Source of the DNA: Orbicella franksi
Lineage: Eukaryota
Assembly: GCA_964199315.1 (NCBI GenBank)
Contig: OZ116701.1
Coordinates: forward strand, 3,782,001 to 3,846,000
Reading direction: 5' to 3'
DNA: 64,000 bases
The stretch's first letter is position 1. Each line of letters opens with the position of its first letter. A program made the position numbers and the translations under genes. Positions 1-9,986 of the stretch are shown here, piece after piece. The notes under the pieces are model-generated. The model worked only from the letters and a program-made list of their open reading frames with translations. It was not told the DNA's origin and did no database searches.

Positions 1-1
1 T

Positions 2-817
2 CCTTCTGGTGTTTTGTACATGTTCGGGGGATCATCCTCTAAACTAGCTACTTCCTACTTCTGGAGTTATTCACCAGGAACTCTTCAGTGGACAAAGCTA
101 GGTGGAACTACAGGTGTTACAAAGTGTGCTGGAAAGTATGGTGAGATGGGAATTGCTTCCAAGAAAAACTATCCAGGTTGCAGGGAAGGTGCTGCTTCCT
201 GGGTAGATCAGCATGGCAATCTCTGGATGTTTGGTGGCTCAGGGTTTGACAACTTTTCCACCAGTGCCTTTGCAATACCAGGTCTCCTGTCTGACTTCTG
301 GATGTACAATGGTTCAAGCCACCAGTGGGCATGGATAGGAGGTTTAAGTAGGGGAGAAGGTCAACCATTCTTTAGCGAGAAAGGTAAGGCTGATCCACGA
401 AATATTCCTGGGCCAAGAGAGAGTGCTGTGTCTTTCTTCTATGAAAACCAACTGTGGCTGTTTGGAGGGGCTGGGCATGATGTAAGAGGATTTGATGGCA
501 TTTTAAATGACTTGTGGATGTATGGTGTAGTGAAAAATAATATGTCGGCTGCACCGTCACTGCAGGGTCCCACAGAGATTCCAGGAGACACAATCAGCAT
601 TTCCTTTGGTTTCAGAGTCCTGATTGCCATAGTTGTCCTGGTGTTGGGTTTGGTGGTATCACTATCAGCATGCTACAGTAAAGAATGCAGGATTTGTAGA
701 TTTAAACGTCACCTTCGTCCAGTGGTGAAATACAAACCCGTGAAAGTTGAGATGATGCAGGTGCCGCAGCCAGAGGTCAGCTCTCCCTTGAATGAGCAGC
801 CAAGTAGAAACCTGTAA
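2..817 (+). CDS. Kelch-repeat (beta-propeller) single-pass membrane protein, 5' partial (frame open from the window edge)
   Basis: Frame open from position 2 to TAA at 815-817. Repeated kelch blades with GG motifs (LYMFGG, PGCREGAASWVDQHGNLWMFGG, PGPRESAVSFFYENQLWLFGG, LSDFWMY, LNDLWMY). One hydrophobic helix (VLIAIVVLVLGLVVSLSAC), then a basic cytoplasmic tail with a YKPV (YxxPhi) motif. Confidence 0.88.
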   Translation, partial: PSGVLYMFGGSSSKLATSYFWSYSPGTLQWTKLGGTTGVTKCAGKYGEMGIASKKNYPGCREGAASWVDQHGNLWMFGGSGFDNFSTSAFAIPGLLSDFWMYNGSSHQWAWIGGLSRGEGQPFFSEKGKADPRNIPGPRESAVSFFYENQLWLFGGAGHDVRGFDGILNDLWMYGVVKNNMSAAPSLQGPTEIPGDTISISFGFRVLIAIVVLVLGLVVSLSACYSKECRICRFKRHLRPVVKYKPVKVEMMQVPQPEVSSPLNEQPSRNL

Positions 818-1977
818 TGGCACACCGTCATGGACATTGTGAGACTGGTCAACAGTTACATCTTAGACTTGCTCAACACAAAACGCTTTGCATTGACAGT
901 ATTCAAGAACAGACCTGATGTACAGGTACATGAAGACTCAATTTTCAGCTGTTCCAGCAAATGGCTGGCTTGATTTTCGGTTGCAATTCTAGCAGGCTGA
1001 TGACTTTGTTTAATAACTTATTAGTCATATTTGGTAAGATGTTGTACATTATTGAGAAGGTGTGTGCAAGTAACCAAATGTAGTGTGCAATGTTCACAAA
1101 TAAGATCATTACCCATAGTTTATTTCTTTGGATGGTACAATGCCCTCATCATAAGTGAACTAGATGCTAGATTGAGATTCCTGGGTTTGTGCCTTGTTTT
1201 AATTGTGTGGGTAAGATAGCTTGACTCAAACAGTACTGTTAATTGTGCTAAGGAGTATAAAATGGATTAGCAAAGGTCAGCCAGGGGAAATGCTGCAAGG
1301 TAACCTGAAATAGGATTCCATCAGTGCTTAGCAATGTTCTCTTAGTCACTTCATGCTATCTTACAGACAACTTGTAGGTTCTAGCTTCAAAAGCAGCCAA
1401 ACCATGAATTAGATGATATGATGTGATTTCTCAGTATTTCAATGACCAGGTTCAGTTGTCCACATGTCTTATGAAAACAAATAAAAGTACTTTTTAATTA
1501 AAAGGTTACCAAATTTTGTCAAGAGTTTTGGGGGAAAGCTCCTGAAAACCTTGTTTAGAGAACAACCTATTTAGGACCTACTGAGTGTATGCACTTAAAA
1601 ATAATTATTATAACAAAAGCTGTTTGAGTGTCAATGAGTTTTCAAGAAATTGTGCAGTGTACATAGAATACTAAGATAAACTCATGCATATAGTAGATTA
1701 AATGAAAACAGTGTCAACAGTGCATGGGGCTACCAAATGAATAAAACTCTGACATTTTTATTTACAACAGTAGTACAGTGCTTGTCGCAGATTTTGTTCC
1801 CTTTTTCACCTTTTTCTGTCAACATATTTTATGCTGCCCACCACAATGAATGTCTGGAGCAAGCTATTAGATACATGTATACTGACACATATGGCTTAAG
1901 ATTTCGTTTTATCTGACAACAGAGTCAGAAAAAATCTGTGTAAATATTTACATCATACTTACATTTAAGAGTTTCCA

Positions 1978-2200
1978 GTAGGGTAGAATTCACAGACAGT
2001 ATTTATTATGATCTCAAAAAGTGTTTGTATTTAGAAAGGTACATATCCTTTGGAAGGAATCGGAGTACACACTTTTTTTCATGTTTTTTTGTAGGGTAGA
2101 GCTTATTACATCTGATTCATAGACAGTACCTATATCTTAAAAAGTGTTTGTACTCTATTTAACGGAAATGTACATTCTTTGGAAGGAGTCAGACTACACA
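1978..2200. repeat. Diverged tandem duplication, ~113 bp period, probably in or near the kelch gene 3'UTR
   Basis: gtagggtaga..aaaaagtgtttgta..tttggaagga..tacaca occurs from 1978 and again from 2091. Confidence 0.6.
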
Positions 2201-2311
2201 TTCATTAATTTTGTCATAAAATTATAATCACTTGCAATAGGTTTAACTTGTACAAAAATATTGCTTTGTGTATGCTACATGTACTTAATTTATACATGAA
2301 CATGTACATTG

Positions 2312-2469
2312 TAGTCAAACCTTCAGTGATGGATACTTCCATTGATGGACACTTTATGTGTGGACACTCAATTCCCAAAAATGGACTCTTCGTGGTGGTC
2401 TCTGCCACCATTTAACCTCCCATGAGTGGACATGGTTTCAATGGTATCTCCTTACTGCAGGCTTGACTG
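2312..2469. mobile_element. Degenerate Tc1/pogo-type MITE
   Basis: Imperfect TIRs agtcaaacct / aggcttgact and internal tggacac repeats. Highly decayed. Confidence 0.35.
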
Positions 2470-3187
2470 CACTTGAGTTACTTGACTTGCAACTTCCTGA
2501 GTTGAAGTTGAAAAAGGTTGCTTTTTTGCAAACTTGGTGTAGAGTTGCAGCACACTGCTTTTGCTTCTGTCACTGACTCTCATATTTTTTTAACTTAAGT
2601 TTAACTAAAATAAATACTAAAAGCATGAATGTATATTTATTGAAAATAGTATAGAGAATAAAACACTAGGCAGAGTTGAATTGTGTTTTTGCAATCCTGT
2701 ATGTCTAGTGACTACCTTGACTAGTGAGTCAATATCCTTATGATCCACTCATTCTGTTCCATGTCAAACAGGGAGGGTCAGTCAAAAGTCACTCTATAAT
2801 TATACATGTAAGCTTTTTAAAGTTGTGCCACCCCCAAAAGGTTAAGGTTTTTTTTCCTTATAAAACCATATTAACCACAATGTATTTTGGTACTTAGTTA
2901 TGTCGCCAGCCCAAAATCCCAAGCAAGTGTGCGCACGGTTATTTGTAATTATTTTGCAAACTGTCTAAACTAATTCTTAACATTTGCAATGGGTAATTTA
3001 GTATCCAACTTTCCAAGCAACTTGGACAGTTCCATGTGCAATCATAAATTATCTCCCAATTAGTTGGGGGATGGTTTATTGAATTAAAAATGTGGACTTC
3101 CTATATGGCGTCAACCAATTTTGGCCGTCCTCTGATTTTTTTTCTTTTTTTTTTTTTTCACCCAGTCATTTCCAAATTGGACAGCAT

Positions 3188-3501
3188 GGTAAAGTCTGCA
3201 TGCAAGCCAAGTGGCCACCAGGCCAGAGCTTATCCTGGTTTCCTTAGCATGAAGCGACTAGGAGTATTTCTACTCCCCACTGGATGGGATGCTAGTCCAT
3301 CGCAGGGTTACCGGTAGCCCCCCCCCCCCCCCCCCCAGCATTAAATTTGCCGGTACCCATTTATACACCTGGGTGGAGAGAGGCACTGTGAGAGTAAAAT
3401 GTCTTGCCCAAGAACACAACACAATGTCCCTGGCCAGGGCTCGAACCCAGACCGGTCATTCCAGAGTTGTGTGCACTAACCATGAGGCCACTGCGCCTCC
3501 A
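3188..3501 (-). mobile_element. tRNA-derived SINE, near full length
   Basis: Minus-strand head ggaggcgcagtggcctcatggttagtgc (A box) ... ggttcgagccc (B box), followed by a body shared with the decayed copy at 33115-33235. Confidence 0.8.
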
Positions 3502-4423
3502 CACAATTGGACAGCATAGTTCTTTAAAATATATAAATAGGGTCTGGATTAAGACAACTACCTGTAGGATGCCAACAAAAACTACAAGGAGTAATGACTT
3601 CCTCTTACATCTCAGATGATGTGTTGAATCTCGACTGAGAGATCTAGGTTAAAGCTCTGGCTATGCTGCGTTTTATGCAAGACCCTTCTGTCACATCACC
3701 TCTCCCCACCCATGAACAGTTATAAATGAATACTAGCCATATGTTAAATACTAGCCATATGTTAGCCAAACCTGACAAACATACACATTGATAACTACAT
3801 GACTAATGTACATTGCAGCAAAGAGAGGAACCAAGAATTGGTATATAGGGATTATTTTTTATTAAAATCTGTATCAAATAACTCTACCACTGACAGAGGT
3901 AGGCACATTCTGAGTGCATAAAAGATACTTTCTACATCAATACAAATCTACAATATAGTGCTTTGGTTTTCAGTGTTTAAAATAGGGCACTGAGTCACTA
4001 CAATGTGAAGAATATTGCCTAACATTTAACATTCACCCGTCTTGTTTGCGTTTGTTATATATAATTTTTCAGAAAAAATATTCAAACCATATATATTAAA
4101 CTTAGAGTTTCTCATCTTAAAATTTTCTCCAATATTTAGTGTACATCTCACTTTTTCGAAACACTCAACATTCTATCATTGGAATAATGGTGGCTAATGT
4201 AAATTATAAGAAGTCTAATGCACGACTGTTGACTGCCAAGATTGCTAAGTGCTCTTTCAAGTGAGAAACCCACTGTCTCTGGGTGCATTTGAAGGGTTGC
4301 AGCTAAGCACCTTGGCGCAACTGTCTATAGAAATTCTGTATTTCAACTTGTCCAATAAAATCTTTGCAATTTTATGCAAAGCAAATGGGTAAACGTAATA
4401 GACTGACAGCATCCATTCCAAGT

Positions 4424-4733
4424 CTACTTGAATAAAACTTGTTGGATATCAACATGGCTTTGCCCATCTCTAACTTGGCAATCAATTTGCAGGCTCTTCA
4501 AGCATGATCCCCACATGACATGGTTCTTGTCCTTCAGGGAATACATCTTGCATTGTACTCTAGCATTGAGTTCTTTGCCATCCTGAAACTTGACAAATAT
4601 CACCAAGTAAAGTCGATCTTTCTTTTTGGACTCGCTCATTCCACTTGTTGACCAATTGCACTCATAATGTGATGACCTTTCATCACTCCTCTTAAGTTCA
4701 TGCTCAACATTTCCTCCAGCAATAGAGATTTCA
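4424..4733 (-). CDS. CNRIP1: CNRIP1 exon 2 (last coding exon)
   Basis: Acceptor ttttattgttacag on the minus strand, phase 2 matching exon 1. Encodes EISIAGGNVEHELK...SKKKDR...QCKMYSLKDKNHVMWGS...FK*, which aligns by recognition to CRIP1a (ISIGG, KSGER, HCQWGS). Confidence 0.9.
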
Positions 4734-4798
4734 CTGTAACAATAAAAGAAAGGGAGATAAACTATTACCCCCAAACGTTAAGCTAGCCAAGGTTACAT

Positions 4799-5213
4799 CC
4801 TGGGGTACTCCCATATGAAAAGGTCGGGGATGTTCATTGGAAATTTTGAATTAAACCCCTAAAGGAGACCATGGGCATGGCTCAAGCTTTATTTGACTCG
4901 TAAAAGATACCACTTAAATGGAATAGACTCTATTACCAGCTGCTGTTTATGAAAGGAGCCTGCGCTAATGGACTGGATTCAAGAGACTGGCAGAAAGCAA
5001 ACTTAAAAAGGAAATACTAGTCAAGAGCATTTCTTTTATTATTATTTCTTTGAATGCACCCTAAAAGATACTTTCAGGTGCTAAAATAGTGGCGTTTCAT
5101 CATCAACACCCTAAGTGAGACCAGAAAATTGATTTACATGTATACCCCTAAGGGAAACGACAAGCATCCCCGACCTTTTCATCTGGGGATCTCCCCCTCC
5201 CGCCTTCCCGAGG
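4799..5213. mobile_element. MITE with 8-bp target-site duplication in the CNRIP1 intron
   Basis: TSD ggttacat at 4791-4798 and 5214-5221. Ends cctgggg / cccgagg. Subterminal inverted repeat atatgaaaaggtcggggatg / catccccgaccttttcatct. Confidence 0.8.
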
Positions 5214-5387
5214 GGTTACATGCTGTAAATGTAAGGCCTTTATGGAGCTGCAGTAACTCAATGCACCAGCATTAACCAGTGCTTAACTCTGGTTTCTTTA
5301 AAATAAATTATAAATTTAGAAAGGATTCTTAGCCACCTCAGCCTTAGCTGGTTTTCACGTGGGTCCTTGAATGAAAGGCACTCTAAC

Positions 5388-5459
5388 TGGGGTGGAATCA
5401 AACCTTGGCCATATTGGTGGTAGGCAAGAGCTCTCTCCGCTGCACCATCCTTGCTCCCC
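5388..5459 (-). mobile_element. tRNA-derived SINE head (decayed)
   Basis: Minus strand gggagcaaggatggtgcagcggagagagctcttgcctaccaccaatatggccaaggtttgattcc: degenerate A and B boxes. Confidence 0.5.
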
Positions 5460-5960
5460 AAAGCAGGGATGGTGACTACACATGTGAAACAACTAGGATT
5501 TTAAAGCAAATGGTTACTTACCAGTTAGCCTGCCTAGCAGGCATTCCTATACAAGTTCCTACCCTGCTGGCCGTGAGAAAATTAGGGCCAGAGCATGAAA
5601 TCGATGAAGAGGCGAAATGTTTGCGACACAAGCTAACTCCCCCTCAAAGGGATGCCTGTCCATTGAAGCCAGGTTAATCCCAGGTAGCCCTTGCCAATAA
5701 TTTGCTCATCTGGGAAGAAGGTTGCTCATACTCCGTTTGCTAAGGGTGTCCCACCTCATTCCCTAAATCCATACTTAGTCTCTACTTCGGACCAAAACAC
5801 TTTATTTTCCCTATCCACTCTCATAACAAGCATTTGAATGAGCTCTAATTTCTAGACCTGAGTGGTCAAAATTTCCCTGCAGACCCCTCACCTGGTCTTG
5901 CTGTCAAAAACAAATGGCTATAGAGCTTTTATTAGAATCTTTTGTTCTTATTAACGCAAT

Positions 5961-5974
5961 GTTACCATAGCAAA
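5961..5974. promoter_or_regulatory. RFX X-box-like motif in the CNRIP1 intron
   Basis: GTTACCATAGCAAA, one mismatch from the GTTNCCATRGNAAC consensus. Motif match only. Confidence 0.3.
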
Positions 5975-6285
5975 AGTGCCTCCTTTGTACCCTAATAGTG
6001 GTATGTGATCATTGTCTTTAAATCAAAATGAGCCGAAAGCAAATTAATGCAAATGTTTTTCACGTGTAATTGTAAGAAAATATAAGCTTAATTGATGTTC
6101 GGAATTGAAATGAAAGTAAACGTCCAGGCATAAGAAATTTTCAACTGAGGCCCAGATAAAGACACTTTTTAAGGACGATTCGCGCGGAATTCACTTTATT
6201 TAAAATTGATTTTGAATTTTGCTTGCTGAGCGTAGAATTATGTACTGCTCGACTGAAATGAAGCAAGGACACCTTGCTTTCTTAC

Positions 6286-6470
6286 CTTACTTCCTTCGAA
6301 GGACGAAATTCAAACGAGATTCTGTATGTGGTGTCTACTTGAAGTTTCAGCGTCTGGGTCTCCTTAAACCTCTCGCCATCAATTTTAAAGAACACTGGCG
6401 AAGAATCATCTGATTTCGTAATGTTGACATCCAGTTTGAATGCGCTTCCCTCAGTCCTAGTCGACGCCAT
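6286..6470 (-). CDS. CNRIP1: CNRIP1 exon 1; spliced CDS join(6470..6286,4733..4424) = 164 aa
   Basis: MASTRTEGSAFKLDVNITKSDDSSPVFFKIDGERFKETQTLKLQVDTTYRISFEFRP matches the CRIP1a signature PVFYKVDGQRFGQNRTIKL. Donor AG|GTAAG after 6286. 185+310 = 495 nt, in frame. Confidence 0.92.
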
Positions 6471-7740
6471 GATGGAGAAGTGGTGGGTCTAAAAATGTTG
6501 TCACGCGATACTTGAAGTCACGCGTAACGTCTTCAAGGCTACAACCAAGAAGAAAAGATCTTGCATCGAGTTGTTTGGGGTTTTTTAAGTGCTTGCCTCT
6601 TTGTATAAAAATAATGTTTTTGATCAGGTTGTGTCAGAATAGTTGAAGTATTCAGTATACTTTCGGTGTTGCGTTTACGTTTCCACCCCCTGCCTCCCCA
6701 CCGATGTAAACACTGACTAAGAGAGACCCTGGGAACGAGGATGGGGTCAGACATCTGACAACTTGCGGTGATGGTTGGCCCTCCGGGAGCTGGAGATAAA
6801 CGTATATACGTGGCCCACAGCTAACGTTTGCGGTCGGCTATACTGACAACCGATAAAAGGCAATGGATAATATTTTTCATACATACATGATTATAATATA
6901 ACCTTTCGGTAAATATTAATGCGTTTTTAGACCTTTCAGTGACACAGAATAATCAATCTGAGTTTACAAATAAGTTAACAATTCTGTGAAAAATTAACCA
7001 TTTACAATTAATTTGACACTAGCTTGGTCCAACATTTGTGTTACAATGTACATCAGGTGACCACGTGTTTCAGAAGGAAAGATGACTGTTTGTTGGTCTT
7101 TGTTACGTTTATATCAAAGCGATGGTAAGCTTCTGTTCATATCGATGCGACATGGCGTTCGAAAAGCCGCATATACCATCAACATTGCGTCGTCAACGGT
7201 CATTCATTGCATGAAGAGACGGTTCTCCTGGACTAATAAAACACGTTGGAAGACATCGGTAATAAGCATATGGAAAATGGCCGTATTAATCTAAAAAGTG
7301 ATTAACCTCGTCCAGCTGTAAGACTCACTTGTTGACAAATAAAGCCCTGTACGGTACAAAATTCCCCATCCCTTAGGTCCTATAAAAGGGGAGCTTAGCA
7401 ACCTCTGTTGTCAAACTGAGATGTCGAATACAACATTGTCGGAAATTAGATTTCCACCAATCCAACTTAAGAAGTTTAAACAGCGACCAATTCCACTGCA
7501 AAAGAGATGTATCTACGGCTTCAAAATTGCCGAGTTTTCGGGTCAGGTAGGCTAAGGCATGAACCAAACGTATATTATAAACGCGGCTGTAGAGCCTGGT
7601 GTTTTACACAGTCTAGTTTAGCTCGTCTGTTTTACTACCTAGACGTATTTGCTGCGGAGCGAGCGCAGCAAACGGAGCAGCAGTTCATAATCAGAATTAA
7701 AAAGAAATGGAGGCGAAATCGAGACTTTGTCGTCGTTGCT

Positions 7741-8042
7741 AGCCTCGTTTTCAGCGGACCATAATGCTCTGCGCTGTGGTAGAGCCTCGCTTTCAGCGGA
7801 ACGTAATGCTCTGCGCTGCGGTAAAGTCTCGCTTTCAACGGACCATAATGCTCTGCGCAGTGGTAGAGCCTCGCTTTCAGCGGGCCAAAAAGCTCTGCCC
7901 TGTGGTAGAGCCTCGCTTTCAGCGGACCATAATGCTCTGCGCTGTGTTTGAGCCTCGCTTTCAGCGGACCAAAATGCTCTGCGCTGTGGTAGAGCCTCGC
8001 TTTCAGCGGACCAGAATGCACTGCGCATTGGTTGAGCCTCGC
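7741..8042. repeat. 42-bp minisatellite, ~7.2 copies
   Basis: Unit agcctcgctttcagcggaccataatgctctgcgctgtggtag recurs at a 42-bp period (7741, 7783, 7825, 7867, 7909, 7951, 7993, 8035). Confidence 0.95.
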
Positions 8043-8246
8043 ATTGAACCAAAGGCAATAACAAGACGGACTGGACTGCATTCAGGTGAGTGGGAATCTC
8101 TGTTGTGCATGATGACGATTTCATTGGAATCTTTTGTAGATGTAAATATTACGGCAAATAGGTTGATAATGTCAAGTTCGCCGTAAACAAGTTACACTGT
8201 AAGCTTAAAAGTGCCGTTTCTAATAGTATTTTCGTCTGTCATTATG

Positions 8247-8991
8247 TTGGATAATTTTCGCAGTTCGGATCTTTTGGCGGACGGGCATGCCTTGTAAAGA
8301 AACATTCGTACTAATATTTTATAAGCATTTTGACAATTTCAATCGCGCAGGCTTTGACGTATTCTCCAAAATTTGATAAGCGTTTTAAGTACCTTTTCTA
8401 ATAGCTTTGTCGTTTACTTGTGCAGCTGCCGTTTGCTTCTTGCTGAATTTCGCACTTCGGCGGCTTTGACAGGCTTTCACGTGTTCGCACTCAAATTTAA
8501 CAAGCATTTTGAGAACCTTTCATAAGGACTTGCATGTATTCGCACAACTGATTCGATGACTTTTTTAGTGTCTTTTCTGGTTTGTCGTTTTACACTGTGC
8601 AGCAGCTGCCATGTGCTTCTTGCTGAATTGTCCATCGGATTTTTTACCCCTTAGTGACTTTGACATGCTTTCTTGGATAATTTTCGCAGTTCGGATCTTT
8701 TGGAGGACGGACATGTCTTGCAAAAAAAAACATTTGCACTAATATTTTATTAGCATTTTGACAATTTCAATCGTTCAGGCTTTGACGTATTCTCACAAAA
8801 ATTTGATAGGTATTTTAAGTAACTTTTTGATAGCTTTGTCGTTTACTTGTGCAGCTGCCATGTGCTTCTTGCCAAATTTCGCACCTCGGCAGCTTTGACA
8901 GGCTTTCATGTGTTCGCACTCGAATTCAACAAGCATTTTGAGAAATTTTCGTAAGGGCTTGAACGTATTCGCATTCGATGACTTTTTTAGT
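8247..8991. repeat. Diverged duplication (~320 bp copies, ~426 bp period) with internal subrepeats
   Basis: ttggataattttcgcagttcggatcttttgg...ttcgatgacttttttagt at 8247-8569 and 8673-8991. A third partial copy of ttgtcgttt..gcagctgcc..tgcttcttg lies at ~8575-8625. Confidence 0.85.
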
Positions 8992-9986
8992 CCCGATGTT
9001 AAATCAAAGAATAAATAAACACTAGTGAAAGTGGAGTCCAGTAGTGGTCCTCCCGCTGTCACGCAGTGCTACATAGCATTGCGTGACAGAGAGACAGCCA
9101 GAGCTGGACTAGTGAAACTGCTGCTCCTGCTCCTGCGAAGTAACCTGACCACAGGCAAACCAGAAATATGGCTGTAACTTTGGCATTCCGAATTAAACCC
9201 AAAAAGGAGCTGAATATCTATGTCACAAAAACTACAACAAACTAGCACTACAGGCACACTCTACCACCAATTATCTTTTCAGACTTCAGCGAGTGGTTCG
9301 TATTTTGTCTAAACGTAGCCGAGCTAAAAAAAAAACATGGCGAGACCAAGCGTGCCTGATATGCCGCCGAAGTATGTCAAGAAAGGTACGATTAGGTTTT
9401 TAACATACCCAAATTCGGCCATGCAAGTGACCATGATACCGTAACCATAGCAGGTCAGTGACTTGGTATCTCAGGATATCGGGACAGTAGGACAGGCTTG
9501 TGATTGGCTAATTGCGAATATGGGTACCGAAAGGAAATACAAGTACAAGGCAAAGATGTCCCAACCTCAGTCTGCAGCCAACTCTTTTCCTTGATGTTTA
9601 TTGCATTCTCCGATCTAGAGCGCCGATTTCAAGATCGCGAAAGATTAGTTTTCGGAGTCTCAAGTCTTACAGCCAAGAAAAAATGCTGAACGATTTGCAT
9701 AAAGTCCCGTTTCTTGACGTGATAGAAGTGTTTGACGATGTTGACGACAAGCTTTACGCGTTTGAACAGTTGTACTCGGACATTCTTGATGAGCACGCCC
9801 CCGTAAAACAAACACACATCAGAGGAAACCAGGTGCCGTACATGACAGAGGATTGGCGCAAGGCAATTAGGCATCGCAACAGGTTGTGGAAAATATTCAT
9901 GCGGGATCCCACGGATTGTAATTACGAGCTGTATAAACGGCAAAGAAACAAATGCACGTCTCTCAGACGGAAAGCGATAAAAGTAC

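Noticed and set aside
6759-6800. QLAVMVGPPGAGDK as a Walker A remnant
   Set aside because: The GK(T/S) is broken, the frame stops within a few codons, and no other NTPase motif follows.
7635-8186. Repeat ORFs (RRALWSAESEALPQ, EPRFQR) as a neuropeptide precursor (LWamide/RFamide-like)
   Set aside because: No glycine amidation donor after LW or RF, no signal peptide, and several frames are open simply because the unit is 42 bp.
9060-9590. Extension of the LINE endonuclease upstream (an ASDHDTV motif at ~9423)
   Set aside because: The frame carries many stops and does not join the downstream ORF2 coherently; left unassigned.
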